Below, one piece after another: positions 28,501 to 64,000 of a DNA stretch of 64,000 nucleotides (position 1 is its first letter; each line of letters begins with the position of its first letter). The stretch covers positions 1,440,001-1,504,000 of the forward strand of contig CP086569.2 in assembly GCA_009914755.4 (NCBI GenBank), written 5' to 3'. The translations under genes and the position numbers were made by a program. The DNA is from the human T2T-CHM13v2.0 reference genome, Homo sapiens. The notes under the pieces are model-generated. The model made no database searches and was not told the DNA's origin. It saw only the letters and a program-made list of their open reading frames with translations.

Positions 28501-28532
28501 TTCAAAAATTCTAAAATTTTTGAATTTTTAAG

Positions 28533-29290
28533 TAGAGGCAGGGTTTCTTCATGTTGGCCAGGCTGGTCTTGAACTCCTGACCTCAGGAGATCCACCAGCC
28601 TCGGCCTCTCAAAGTGCTGGGATTACAGGCGTGAGCCACCGCGCCCGGCTGAAATTTCTCTTCTTTGCTGTAGGGGTCAGTAGCAGTAAGTAGCGGCTGA
28701 TAGGTGAGAATGGAGATTAATTGAAGCAACGCTGTTACTGATTAGATTTTGTCTTTACACTTGAGCCTGGAAGGAAGAAATGGAAGCATTCGACCCGAGG
28801 AATGTTGCCCCACAGATTTCTGGGGGGAGCATAGGAGATTGGTGTGTGCGTGCCCTGCCCTCCTCCCTCTCTCAACCCCTGTCAGTCTCTCCCCTGTTTT
28901 TCCCTGCTGTCTCTTCTCTCGCCCAGCTTCCCCTCTGCTTGTACTCTCTTCTGATCTCTGTTTTTGTCTCTGTCTCTCCTCCTTTCTTTTTTTTCTTTCT
29001 TTTTTTTTTTTTTGAGATGGAATCTCACCGTTGCCCAGGCTGGAGTGCAGTGGCGCGATCTCGGCCCAGTGCAACCTCCGCCTCCTGGGTTCAAGCAATT
29101 CTCTGCCTCAGCCTCCCAAGTAGCTGGGATTACAGGCACCTGCTGCCATGCCCGGCTAATTTTTTGTATTTTTGGTAGAGACGAGGTTTCACCATCTTGG
29201 CCAGGCTGGTCTTGAACTCCTGACCTCGTGATCCACCTGTCTTGGCCTCCCAAAATGCTGGGATTATAGGCGTGAGCCACCGCTCCCGGC
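28533..29290 (-). mobile_element. Alu left-arm fragment (28533-28650) and a full Alu (28985-29290). A sequence of about 80 bp (ctctcgcccagcttcccctctgcttg...) is duplicated on both sides of the full Alu, at about 28910 and about 29320.
   Basis: rc-Alu consensus. The flanking duplication is read directly. Confidence 0.75.
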
Positions 29291-29474
29291 CTGTCTCTCC
29301 TCCTCTCTTAATCCTTCCTTCTCTCCTCTCGCCCAGCTTCCCCTCTGCTTGCCCTCTCTCCCTATCTCTATTTTAGTCTCTCTTTGTCTCTCTCGGTCTT
29401 GTGATTTAGGGCACTTTGTGTTCAGTCCCTTTCTAGTGATTGGGATTATTATCCACTTAAAATATCCACAATAG

Positions 29475-32130
<2,656 letters not shown>

Positions 32131-32559
32131 TCACTAGCTCATCCTCCTTCCCACCTGGTGGAGGACACGCACACCCTCCTGGTGGCGTCCTCAAGCCCCG
32201 TCCACCTGCCCAGGAGCTGGGGCATCCTGTGTCTCCCGCCTTGCTCTCCTGCACAGCCTGACTCAGAGCGGGAGCTCGACCCCCTACCCTCCCCGCTGTA
32301 CGCTGCCCCAGCAAACCTCCCGAGTTTGCACCCGGCCACTGGATCGGCCTGCACAGGGGCTGCCGCCTCCGTCCCAGATGGCAGGGGCTTTTCCCTGCAC
32401 CCCACCTCACTCAGCTCATGCCTCTGCTCCTGGTGAAAAACTTTTCCCATCACTCCGTCCCGTCCCCTCTCTGCAGCAAATGACTCTTGTCCAGGCTGTC
32501 CAGGCTGCCAGAGACCACCGAGGCACTCAGTCCGGAAGCCCATCTGTGCCAGGGTCATT

Positions 32560-34375
<1,816 letters not shown>

Positions 34376-34573
34376 AACTTCAGCCCGTCCCACTCACCCA
34401 AGTTATACAAAAGCTCCTGGGCTTTCCGGCCAACTCTGTGTCCCAAACATCCCATCCCCAAAATGGCAGCTTCTGACTGTGTCCAGACCATGCAGGCCTC
34501 TCCTGAAACCGTCCTGCCAGACGCTGTCTCAAGGTGGTGAGGGGTTCCGTGCAATGTCCCTGAGGGCTTTTAA

Positions 34574-35110
<537 letters not shown>

Positions 35111-35274
35111 CCAGCTGTCTTCGCCTCCCAAACTGCCCAGATGACACATGTGAGCCACCACACCTGGCCCAGATCTGATGGTTTTATAAATGGGAGGTCC
35201 CCTGTTGCACACGCCCTCTGGCCTGTCACCAGGTAAGACATGCCTTTGCTTCTCCTTGGCTTTCCTGCCATGAG

Positions 35275-36561
<1,287 letters not shown>

Positions 36562-36703
36562 TCAGATCCCTGAGAAATCCCCACAGCAGGCAGAGATTTG
36601 GTCTCCTGACAGTAGCTTTGGGATTCCATTAAGCAAATATGATTGGGGGCCAGCCCCTTCTGTCTCCAGGTAAGGTGTCCCCAAGGACCCTTCATCGCTC
36701 TGA

Positions 36704-38963
<2,260 letters not shown>

Positions 38964-39032
38964 ATGGGATCCTCAGAGGACCAGGCCTATCGCCTCCTTA
39001 ATGACTACGCCAACGGCTTCATGGTGTCCCAG
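38964..39032 (+). CDS. ASMT: ASMT first coding exon (MGSSEDQAYRLLNDYANGFMVSQ). The donor is CAG|GTAGGA.
   Basis: ATG at 38964. The translation equals the N-terminus of human acetylserotonin O-methyltransferase. The exon is phase-0 and its donor is compatible with exon 2. Confidence 0.85.
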
Positions 39033-39262
39033 GTAGGATACGCTCTGTGGGACAAGGGGGAATAGACTTCCGTTCATCACACTCACGTTCCATTGTTGTG
39101 TCAGTCGAGAAAAATGATGAGTCTCCATCATTTTAGGAGGTTTATTTTCCACCGTGAAAGACGTACACCCACGATGTAGCCTCAGGAGTTCCTGAGGACA
39201 TGTGCCCAGGGTGGTCTGGGGACAGCTTGGTTTGATACATTTTACAGAGACATGAGTCATCA

Positions 39263-41625
<2,363 letters not shown>

Positions 41626-41814
41626 GGCCCCCACACTTTCTTCTATCATGGCTGTGGTTTGCCAGTACGCTCATGGTTGAAGGGAACACCACATCTTAGG
41701 AAGAGGTAGTGAAAATTAGAGTGAAGTCTCTTCTCCTTCCTGGTTTGTAGAGCCCGTGAATTTTACCTCTAGGCCCCCAAGGGTTAAAAATACCTATTCC
41801 CCAGCCACTGATAC

Positions 41815-42500
<686 letters not shown>

Positions 42501-42884
42501 AATTTTTCTATTTTTTAGTAAAGGTGGGATTTCTGTTACTGTCCCAGACAACAGTAACTTGCTACCTTTGCCTCCTTTGACCGCAGGCCTCCTGCTGGGG
42601 CTATTGACTGCTCATTCAAAGACTGTCGCTGGTTCACAGCGGTGTTCAGGGAGGTGGTCTGGTGGGTTCTAAATCTTGGAAGAGCAGTCACTTTAAGGCA
42701 CATGATACCATGTCATGGGAGTTGTCAGAAGTTTCACAGAACCAGAGTTAATGCAGAGTTAATACCACCTTAAGAGGATCAAACTTAGTACACCCTTAAC
42801 AGAAACAATTAGCTAATGCAGCTTTCATAGACCAAGAGTGAATATCGCCTTAAGAAGATAACATTTAGTATACCCTTGGCCAGG

Positions 42885-43444
<560 letters not shown>

Positions 43445-43581
43445 TCAGCCATAAGAAGGTAACATTTAATATATGCCCTTAAAAGAACAATTAATTGAGA
43501 CAACCCCAAAAGGAATGAATACAACTTTAATGAATAAAACAAAACAGAACGCTAATTTAAAAAGGTTAATACGGGCCGGGC

Positions 43582-47720
<4,139 letters not shown>

Positions 47721-48032
47721 TTATTTTAGACATTCTGTGGAATGTAACGTACGTTTCCTCTCGTGGCTCATCTGCCTTTGTACTTGCTGCACCCAAACTC
47801 CCGATGGGGATTTGTACAAACCGAACCCGACGGGGGTGCTAGCCGCCCCAGGTCACCTTTGCGCCTTCCACAGAAGGCTCCAGCTGTACAAGGCAAGAGG
47901 AAGACCCCATCTCTAAAGAAGAGATGGGCTTGTAATCATGTTGAAATCACGATGTTGTCGAGCTGGGGAGCGTCCGCCGGCAGGAACTCGGAATCTCACT
48001 GCTTTTTCCCTGTTTTTTTGTGTGTGTTTCAG

Positions 48033-48162
48033 CTTTCTATCGAAACACAGAGCTGTCCAGCGACTACCTGACCACGGTCAGCCCGACGTCACAATGCAGC
48101 ATGCTGAAGTACATGGGCAGGACCAGCTACCGGTGCTGGGGCCACCTGGCAGACGCCGTGAG
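48033..48162 (+). CDS. ASMT: ASMT exon 3 (AFYRNTELSSDYLTTVSPTSQCSMLKYMGRTSYRCWGHLADAV + ag). Acceptor is gtttcag| and donor is AG|GTGGGG.
   Basis: Consistent with ORF-track 48020..48514. The donor is the first copy of the 30/31-bp intronic minisatellite. Confidence 0.9.
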
Positions 48163-48745
48163 GTGGGGGCTGCCCCCAGGCAGATGCTGGGAGGTGGTGG
48201 CTGCACCCAGGCAGATGCTGGGAGGTGGGGGCTGCCCCCAGGCAGATGCTGGGAGGTGGTGGCTGACCCCAGGCAGATGCTGGGAGGTGGGGGCTGACCC
48301 CAGGCAGATGCTGGGAGGTGGGGGCTGCACCCAGGCAGATGCTGGGAGGTGGGGGCTGCCCCCAGGCAGATGCTGGGAGGTGGTGGCTGCACCCAGGCAG
48401 ATGCTGGGAGGTGGGGGCTGCCCCCAGGCAGATGCTGGGAGGTGGTGGCTGCACCCAGGCAGATGCTGGGAGGTGGGGGCTGCCCCCAGGCAGATGCTGG
48501 GAGGTGGTGGCTGACCCCAGGCAGATGCTGGGAGGTGGGGGCTGACCCCAGGCAGATGCTGGGAGGTGGGGGCTGCACCCAGGCAGATGCTGGGAGGTGG
48601 GGGCTGCACCCAGGCAGATGCTGGGAGGTGGGGGCTGACCCCAGGCAGATGCTGGGAGGTGGGCGCTGCACCCAGGCAGATGCTGGGAGGTGGGGGCTGA
48701 CCCCAGGCAGATGCTGGGAGGTGGGGGCTGCATCCAGGCAGTGAC
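48163..48745 (+). repeat. ASMT: 30/31-bp minisatellite (GGTGGGGGCTGCCCCCAGGCAGATGCTGGGA, with variants GGTGGTGGCTGCACCC and GGTGGGGGCTGACCCC) in about 19 copies. It starts exactly at the ASMT exon-3 splice donor.
   Basis: Direct. The first copy supplies the donor GT. The ORF-track frame 48020..48514 stays open through the array (RWGLPPGRCWEVVA...). The minus-strand 274-aa ORF is an artefact. Confidence 0.9.
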
Positions 48746-48777
48746 CAAGTCTCAGGACTACCGCCAGGGGCTGGTGA

Positions 48778-49747
<970 letters not shown>

Positions 49748-49979
49748 TTAACATAGGGGGTTGTGGAGACCAAATTCTTATTATGTAGATGAAATCTCCA
49801 GGTAGCAGGCTTCAGAAAGAATAGACTGTTACTGTTTCCTATCTGACTTGGTTCTCTCCTGGATCAGAAAAAAGGAAGGAAAAGGAAGGTGATTCTCTCC
49901 AGAACGTAGATTTTCTCCACAACAGGTAGCTTTACAGGAGTATTTCAAGCTATGGTAAAGAGAACATGTTTGGGGCTAA

Positions 49980-51428
<1,449 letters not shown>

Positions 51429-51452
51429 TCAGCCTTCTCTCTCTTTTCTTAG

Positions 51453-51521
51453 AGAAGGAAGGAACCAGTACCTGGAGACGTTTGGCGTTCCCGCTGAAGA
51501 GCTTTTTACGGCCATCTACAG
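51453..51521 (+). CDS. ASMT: ASMT exon 4 ((R)[22 protein letters not shown] + ag). Acceptor is ttttcttag| and donor is AG|GTAACA.
   Basis: Consistent with ORF-track 51422..51649. The frame joins exon 3 (AG) to exon 5 (G). Confidence 0.88.
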
Positions 51522-51769
51522 GTAACACCCATCACTTTGAAACCAACAACTCAGATAAGATTCTGTTTATTTTTAAAGGACTTAGGAAACCCAATCCATT
51601 TACTCAAATGGCACAACCCAGGAGGAAGCTGCCATTTAATTTAAAATAACATCCCCTATCCCCACTACTACCCCAGATTTTGCTCGTCTGATGTTTAAAT
51701 TGATCAGATTCCTGAGGAGGTGCAACGTGACCCTTCCTTCGAAAGGACTACTCACAAACTCAGTGTTTA

Positions 51770-52206
<437 letters not shown>

Positions 52207-52309
52207 CTAGAATTCCCAGATGGAGGTGAATTGATGGGCCCGTCCAGTGTTCCAGCTGGCTGAGGCATGGAGTAGGGAAGGGTATGAAGGACAAGGGGAT
52301 GCCTGAGTG

Positions 52310-52900
52310 GTTCGCCTGCCCCCCAACCTCTCCTCTCCTCCCCTGCTCTCCCCTCCCCTCTCTTCTCCTTCTGTCCTGTTCCCTCTCTTTTCCTCTTCCA
52401 TCCTCCTCTCTTTCTCTCCTTTTCCTTCTCTTCTCTTCTCTCCTCTCTTTTCCTCTCCATCTTCCCCCTCCTCTCTCCCATCTTCCCTCTCTTGTCTCCT
52501 CTCTCTTCTTCCCTCTCTCCTTTCCTCTCGTCTCCCTTCCCCTCCCTTCACCTGCCTCTCTCCTTCTCCTCTCCCGTCTTCTCCTTTCTCTCATCTTCTC
52601 TGTTTTCATGCCCCGTATTTCACCTCCTTTTCTCCTCCTCTCTTCTCCTCGGTCTGCTTTCCTTTCCCCCGTTTCTCTCTTTCTTTCTCTCTCTCTCTCT
52701 TTCTTTCCTTCTTTCTTTCCTTCTTTCTCCTTCCTTCCTTCGTTCCTTCCTCTTTCCTTCTGCCTGCCTTCCTTCCTTCCCTCCCTCCCTCCTTTCTTTC
52801 TTTTTCTTTCTTCCTTCTTCCTTCTTTCCTTTCTTTATATATATATATGTGTGTATACATGTGTATGTGTATGTGAATATATGTATCTGTTTAGGGGGCA
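52310..52900. repeat. CT-rich polypyrimidine simple repeats ((TCTCC)n-like, (TTCC)n, (CTTT)n) ending in (TA)n(TG)n.
   Basis: Direct. It yields the 223-aa plus-strand and K/E/R-rich minus-strand artefact ORFs. Confidence 0.85.
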
Positions 52901-53571
52901 CAAGTACCCATGTCTTCCATGCTTACATGTTGCACCTTGCAGCCTAGGCTTTTAGTGTGCCCATCACCTGAATAGTGACCGTGGTACCTAAGAGGCAATT
53001 TTTCAGCCCTCGCTACTCTGAGGCAAACCCCTACAGCAGGCTCTGCAGAGAGGACAGGAGGACAGAGGGAGCTGTGGGGGGGGAGGAGCAGGAAATGCTT
53101 CCAACACCAGAGCCCTGTCCGCCTCTGTGTCCACCTATCCTTCTTGGCTCCATCTCACCTGCCTCCCTTCCTAGTTCCTGCCTTTTCTCTAGCCTCTTCC
53201 CCAGGATGTGTGGACCTCCCACCCGCTTCCTGGATTTGTCCTCTGGGGCTGAGCTCTGTGGATGGGGGAACGTATTATTGACTTTCCTCTTAGAAAACAT
53301 CTAAACTCCTCTTCAGATAGAAATCCCTTCCCATCCAGAGAACAATCGTCCGTTCTGAATCAACTCCAGGTTTCCCGGAGCTGGGTACACTTTGCTGGCT
53401 GACCTATGGTTCCCCCATCCCGAATGACTTCCTGTTCCATTTCACAAATGCAAGCCTTCCAGGTGCACCTGTGGGGTATAGCTCCGTTCTCAACAGGGGG
53501 TTATGTACACCCTTGCTCTGGGCACGTCCCCAGATCCTCACCATCTTGACAAGCGTGGTTTTGCATGCCAG

Positions 53572-53690
53572 GTCCGAGGGCGAGCGGCTACAGTTCATGC
53601 AAGCTCTGCAGGAGGTCTGGAGCGTCAACGGGAGAAGCGTGCTGACCGCCTTTGACCTGTCAGTGTTCCCACTTATGTGTGACCTTGGTG
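53572..53690 (+). CDS. ASMT: ASMT exon 5 ((R)SEGERLQFMQALQEVWSVNGRSVLTAFDLSVFPLMCDLG + g). Acceptor is catgccag| and donor is G|GTAAGT.
   Basis: Consistent with ORF-track 53471..53782. It contains the start of the SAM-binding region. Confidence 0.9.
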
Positions 53691-53782
53691 GTAAGTACCC
53701 CTCACCACTAATACCTCGGAGGTGTGGCTTCTGTTCTGTATGGGGAATGTGTTATTCATGTCTTTTATTTTCTGCATTCTGA

Positions 53783-55920
<2,138 letters not shown>

Positions 55921-56124
55921 TTATTACATCCTTCTCTTAGCTGTTGGCCGCCCTTGGCTGGACAGGTGCGCCGGCTTCAAGAACACACAGTTAAGTGCGT
56001 GGCCATATGGAAGTTTGGAGCTTGGGTCAGCCCAGCCAGAAAGACCACCTGAACTCAGGGGCCTGTAGACAATCACGTCACCGTCAAGATTAGACATGGT
56101 GGATAAAAAAGGATGAGTTCGGCC

Positions 56125-56775
<651 letters not shown>

Positions 56776-56900
56776 GACCAGACATGGCGGAAGGACCCAA
56801 GTTCCTGGGTTGGACCCTTCATGAGTCCATGGTGTGTGGAGGGTGAGCGATGTCTCTCAGGTTCATCTCTGAGGGTCAAACGGGCTGTGTCCCCTTCCAG

Positions 56901-57041
56901 GTGGGGCTGGAGCTCTGGCTAAGGAATGCATGTCTCTGTACCCTGGATGTAAGATCACCGTTTTTGACATCCCAGAAGTGGTGTGGACGGCAAAGCAGCA
57001 CTTCTCATTCCAGGAGGAAGAACAGATTGACTTCCAGGAAG
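56901..57041 (+). CDS. ASMT: ASMT next constitutive exon ((G)GAGALAKECMSLYPGCKITVFDIPEVVWTAKQHFSFQEEEQIDFQE + g), containing the SAM-binding glycine-rich motif. Acceptor is cttccag| and donor is G|GTGTGT.
   Basis: Consistent with ORF-track 56930..57187. Confidence 0.9.
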
Positions 57042-57128
57042 GTGTGTTTGTGTCCGTGGGGAAGCAGAGATGTGTCTCACGGCTTCTCCAGGGGGACTGG
57101 ATGTTTCTGGGAAATGAAGAAGATGTGA

Positions 57129-60010
<2,882 letters not shown>

Positions 60011-60189
60011 AGTATTTTCTTATCTTTCTCCTAAGCCTTTTTGTTTTCTGAGGCTAGGTCTGCAGGTGACTAGCCTGGAAGACCTGGGAAAGGCGTGACC
60101 CATCCAGGTGACCTTTTGTGCCCAGAATAGGTTTAGTCAAATGGGATTGGATTGCAGGCTGACCTCGGTGTGCCTGCCCTGTGTTCCAG

Positions 60190-60312
60190 GGGATTTCTTC
60201 AAAGACCCTCTTCCGGAAGCTGATCTGTACATCCTGGCCAGGGTCCTCCATGACTGGGCAGATGGAAAGTGCTCACACCTGCTGGAGAGGATCTACCACA
60301 CTTGCAAGCCAG
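60190..60312 (+). CDS. ASMT: ASMT exon ((G)DFFKDPLPEADLYILARVLHDWADGKCSHLLERIYHTCKP + g). Acceptor is gttccag| and donor is G|GTAAGT.
   Basis: Consistent with ORF-track 60108..60350. Confidence 0.9.
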
Positions 60313-60589
60313 GTAAGTTGTGGGGTTTGCATTTCAGCGTGTGCTTGTGACACGGGGCAGAATTGTACGAGTCACATTTAGAAGGCAGGCACTGAAATCA
60401 TCCCACAGGTAAGGGTAGACATCCTGCCCAATATGGCTTTCCTTTTAGATAACGACCTGAAATAAATAGGGTCCTAATTTCTATTCTATTGATAAAACCA
60501 CATAAAGATGGAAAAAGTGAAAGGTCCTCTGAAACTTCAGTGGCCTCACTTTGGTGAAATTCTTTCAGAATTAGGCTAGTATTTGTGTG

Positions 60590-62480
60590 TGTGATGAGGA
60601 CAGTGCCCCACTGACTTCTGAGGTCCACCCATCCTGATGGTTCATGAGGATGTGGGCACAGCCTCTGTGTATGATAGGGACAGTGTCCCAGTGTCCTGTG
60701 AGGTCCATCCATCCTGATGGCACATGAGGATGTGGGCACAGCCTCTGTGTGTGATGGGGACAGTGTCCCAGCTCTCCTGTGAGGTCCACCCATCCTGATG
60801 CTTCATGAGGACGTGGGCACAGCCTCTGTGTATGATGGGGACAGTGTCCCAGTGTCCTGTGAGGTCCATCCATCCTGATGGCACATGAGGATGTGGGCAC
60901 AGCCTCTGTGTGTGAGATAGGGACCATGTCCCAGCTCTCCTGTGAGGTCCACCCATCCTGATGATCCATGAGGATGTGGACACAGCCTCTGTGTGTGTGA
61001 TGGGGACAGTGTCCCAGTGTCCTGTGAGGTCCATCCCTCCTGATGGTTCATGAGGATGTGGGCACAGCCTCTGTGTGTGAGATAGGGACCATGTCCCAGC
61101 TCTCCTGTGAGGTCCACCCATCCTGATGATCCATGAGGATGTGGACACAGCCTCTGTGTGTGTGATGGGGACAGTGTCCCAGTGTCCTGTGAGGTCCACC
61201 TATCCTGATGGTCCATGAGGACGTGGACACAGCCGCTCTGTGTGTGATGGGGACAGTGTCCCAGCTCTCCTGTGAGGTCCATCCATCCTGATGGTTCATG
61301 AGGACGTGAGCACAGCCTCTGTGTGTGTGTTGGGGACAGTGTCCCAGTTCTCCTGTGAGGTCCACCCATCCTGATGGTTCATGAGGATGTGGGCACAGCC
61401 TCTGTGTGTGTGATGGGGACAGTGTCCCAGTGTCCTGTGAGGTCCACCCATCCTGGTGGTCCATGAGTACATGGACACAGCCTCTCTGTGTGAGATGGGG
61501 ACAGTGTCCCAGTTCTCCTGTGAGGTCCACCCATCCTGGTGGTCCATGAGTACATGGACACAGCCTCTCTGTGTGTGATAAGGACAGTGTTCCAGCTCTC
61601 CTGTGAGGTCCACCCATCTTGATGGTTCATGAGGACTTGGGCATGGCCTCTATGTGTGTGATGGGGACAGTGTCCCAGTGTCCTGTGAGGTCCACCCATC
61701 CTGATGGTCCATGAGGATGTGGGCACAACCTCTTTGTGTGTGATGGGGACAGTGTCCCAGTGTCTGTGAGGTCCACCCATCCGATGGTTCATGAGGACGT
61801 GGGCACAGCCTCTGTGTGTAATGGGGATAGCATCCCAGTGTCCTGTGAGGTCCATCCATCCTGATGGCCCATGAGGATGTGGGCACAGCCTCTGTGTGTG
61901 TGTGTGTGATGGGGACGGTGTCCCAGTTCTCCTGTGAGGTCCACCCATCCTGATGGTCCATGAGGACATGGGCACAGCCTCTCTGTGTGTGATAAGGACA
62001 GTGTTCCAGCTCTCCTGTGAGGTCCACCCATCTTGATGGTTCATGAGGACTTGGGCACAGCCTCTGTGTGTGTGATGGGGACAGTGTCCCAGTGTCCTGT
62101 GAGGTCCATACATCCTGATGGTCCATGAGGACATGGGCACAACCTCTGTGTGTATAATGGGGACAGTGTCCCAGTGTCCTGTGAGGTCCACCCATCCTGA
62201 TGGTTCATGAGGACGTGGGCTCAGCCTCTGTGTGTAATGAGGACAGTGTCCCAGTGTCCTGAGAGGTCCATCGATCCTGATGGCCCATGAGGATGTGGGC
62301 ACAGCCTCTGTGTGTGTGTGATGGGGACGGTGTCCCAGTTCTCCTGTGAGGTCCATCCATCCTGATGGTTCATGAGGACATGGGCACAGCCTCTATGTGT
62401 GTGATGGGGACAGTGTCCCAGCGTCCTGTGAGGTTCACCCATCCTGATGATCGATGAGGACGTGGGCACAGCCTCTGAGT
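60590..62480. repeat. ASMT: 81-bp minisatellite (…gatggttcatgaggatgtgggcacagcctctgtgtgtgatggggacagtgtcccagtgtcctgtgaggtccacccatcct…) in about 23 copies. It lies in the last ASMT intron and ends about 120 bp before the final acceptor.
   Basis: The period of 81 is measured from recurrences at 60641, 60722 and 60803. It generates a family of overlapping minus-strand ORFs of 130-325 aa (H/T/P/G-rich) that are repeat artefacts. Confidence 0.9.
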
Positions 62481-62603
62481 GTGTGATGGGGACGGTGCCC
62501 TGACTGTCCTCTGAGGTCTGGCTGTCCTTATGGTTCACTGGGACTTTGGCACAGTCTGTCTGTGTGTTTGTGTGTGATGTGGACTGTGCCCCTCCCTTTC
62601 TAG

Positions 62604-62815
62604 GTGGTGGCATTCTGGTAATTGAAAGCCTCCTGGATGAAGACAGGCGAGGTCCTCTGCTCACGCAGCTCTACTCTCTGAACATGCTTGTGCAGACGGA
62701 AGGGCAGGAGAGGACCCCCACCCACTACCACATGCTCCTCTCTTCTGCTGGCTTCAGAGACTTCCAGTTTAAGAAAACAGGAGCCATTTATGATGCCATT
62801 TTAGCCAGGAAATAA
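62604..62815 (+). CDS. ASMT: ASMT last coding exon ((G)GGILVIESLLDEDRRGPLLTQLYSLNMLVQTEGQERTPTHYHMLLSSAGFRDFQFKKTGAIYDAILARK), ending in a TAA stop at 62813-62815. The acceptor is ctttctag|.
   Basis: Consistent with ORF-track 62546..62815. The summed constitutive CDS is 69+175+130+69+119+141+123+212 = 1038 nt = 345 aa plus stop, the known ASMT length. Confidence 0.9.
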
Positions 62816-62885
62816 CTGTTTCTTGTGACCTGGAACTAACGTCAAAGCACACAAGACATAATAATAAAGACATGTACCTCCAGTG
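62816..62885 (+). other. ASMT: ASMT 3'UTR. AATAAA is at 62863-62868. The cleavage site is estimated.
   Basis: AATAAA lies about 50 nt past the stop and is followed by a GT-rich stretch. Confidence 0.5.
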
Positions 62886-63589
62886 GCTTCTTGTTCTTGG
62901 TGTTCACATGATAAGTGACTGGAGGCTTCTGTGGACAGGGTTGGACTGCTTCTACTTTGTAGATTATTTCCCAGGCTTTACTGAGGACCACGCTGATGGG
63001 GGTGTGAGCTCAGCTTTGATATTGACTGTAAGCAAAGTTTTGGTCCTCTTCATGCTGTAAAGTGGGACTCCAGTGTTCACCTTGAGGGGTGTCTGTTAGA
63101 AGCTTCACCCTGAACAGAACTTTGGCACCAGTGATGGATGTAGCAACTATAGGTGTCTATGAAATATGAGGTTCTCCTTTCAGGCTGCCTTGCACAGCTC
63201 TGTGACTTATTAGTGATGCCATTTCAACCGTGAGAAAGGTGAGGCTTTCTGTCTCTCTCTCTCTGCCTCAGACAGTCCCATCTGTCTCTCCTGTATGGAT
63301 CTGTACTCAAATCTCTTCATGTAGCCACCATGAGAGTGCGGGCATTTGCCGCCAGATTAGATCACGCCACATCTGTGGATACAGAGAAATCAGCAGATGC
63401 TACAGAAGAGGAAAATATTTCCCTCCTACCAATCTCATACCCATTTCTCCCTGGACCTCTTCCGCGATGTCAACAAGGTTTTCTACTTCTTGTTTTCCTC
63501 TAGTGTACATTTTAGATTATTTTGGTACTTTCTTTACTCTCAGTCTAAACATTGTTTTTTTCAACTAAAAAGATGAGAAAACAAAACAA

Positions 63590-64000
63590 AATGGAATAAT
63601 CGTCAAAGCAAGTTGTTGTGGGTTGAATTCTGTTCCCCAAAAGATATGTCCAGGCTGTGGCCCCTGGAACCTGTGAATGGTATCTTATTTAGAAGTAAGA
63701 TCTTTGCTGATGAAATCAAGTTCAGATGAGGTCATTAGGATGAGCGCTAAATCCAATATGACTGATGTGCTTATAAGAAAACAAGAGACACAGAAACGCA
63801 CAGAAGAGAGGGGAGAATGCCACATGAGGACACAGACACAGGTGAGAAGGCCACATGGAGACAGAGGCAGAGACTAGAGTGATGCGGCCACAAGCCCAGG
63901 GACACCTGGAGCCCCCAGGAACTGGGAGAGGCAGGAAGAGTCCTCCCCTAGAGCCTCTGGAGGGAATGTAGCTCTGCAACATCTTGATCTCAGAATTCTA
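63590..64000 (+). mobile_element. Old interspersed repeat. It is the same family and orientation as 2790-3195 and runs off the window end.
   Basis: gttgaattctgttccccaaaagatatgtcc...tgctgatgaaatcaagttcagatgaggtcattaggatgagcgctaaatccaatatgactgatgtgcttataagaaaa...ggccacatggagacagaggcagagactagagtgatgcggccacaagcc. Confidence 0.6.

Noticed and set aside
60398-62664. Family of minus-strand ORFs of 130-325 aa (H/T/P/G/W-rich) that looks like a paralogous gene cluster.
   Set aside because: All are frames through the 81-bp intronic minisatellite of ASMT. Their mutual similarity is repeat periodicity, not gene duplication.

Overview
This window is human (primate) nuclear DNA, not a prokaryotic or phage locus. 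It carries two adjacent plus-strand genes that lie in pseudoautosomal region 1 (Xp22.33/Yp11), as known from the human genome rather than read from the sequence: AKAP17A (SFRS17A/XE7) and ASMT (HIOMT).

Gene content: AKAP17A has a CpG-island promoter at about 15.8-17.1 kb, a non-coding exon 1, and four coding exons that add up to a 2088-nt CDS (695 aa) ending in TAA at 25726-25728. ASMT has eight constitutive coding exons that add up to a 1038-nt CDS (345 aa) ending in TAA at 62813-62815. It also has an 84-nt LINE-1-derived alternative exon at 56455-56538. Every intron boundary is GT-AG. Exon coordinates were cross-checked against the supplied ORF track (which uses alternative start codons) and are good to about 1-2 nt.

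Everything else is repeat sequence. There are more than 80 Alu copies, including one Alu inserted into another with a target-site duplication. There are two LINE-1 3'-end fragments, one MADE1/Hsmar1 MITE hairpin, and two copies plus one opposite-strand copy of an old interspersed repeat.

Tandem arrays are unusually dense, as is typical of PAR1. There is a (GGAT/GAAT)n array, two oppositely oriented Alu-tail-derived VNTR arms separated by about 280 bp, a 1.75-kb (CCCCT/CCCTT)n tract, and a 36-bp proline-codon minisatellite. There is a tandem triplication of a roughly 400-bp Alu-containing unit. A 30/31-bp minisatellite begins exactly at the ASMT exon-3 splice donor. An 81-bp minisatellite of about 23 copies sits in the last ASMT intron.

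All long ORFs in the six-frame track outside the AKAP17A and ASMT exons are artefacts of repeats or of GC-rich introns. I found no evidence of a novel coding system, defence system or operon. The features worth a second look are structural: the palindromic VNTR, minisatellites placed at splice sites, the exonised L1, and tracts with non-B-DNA potential.
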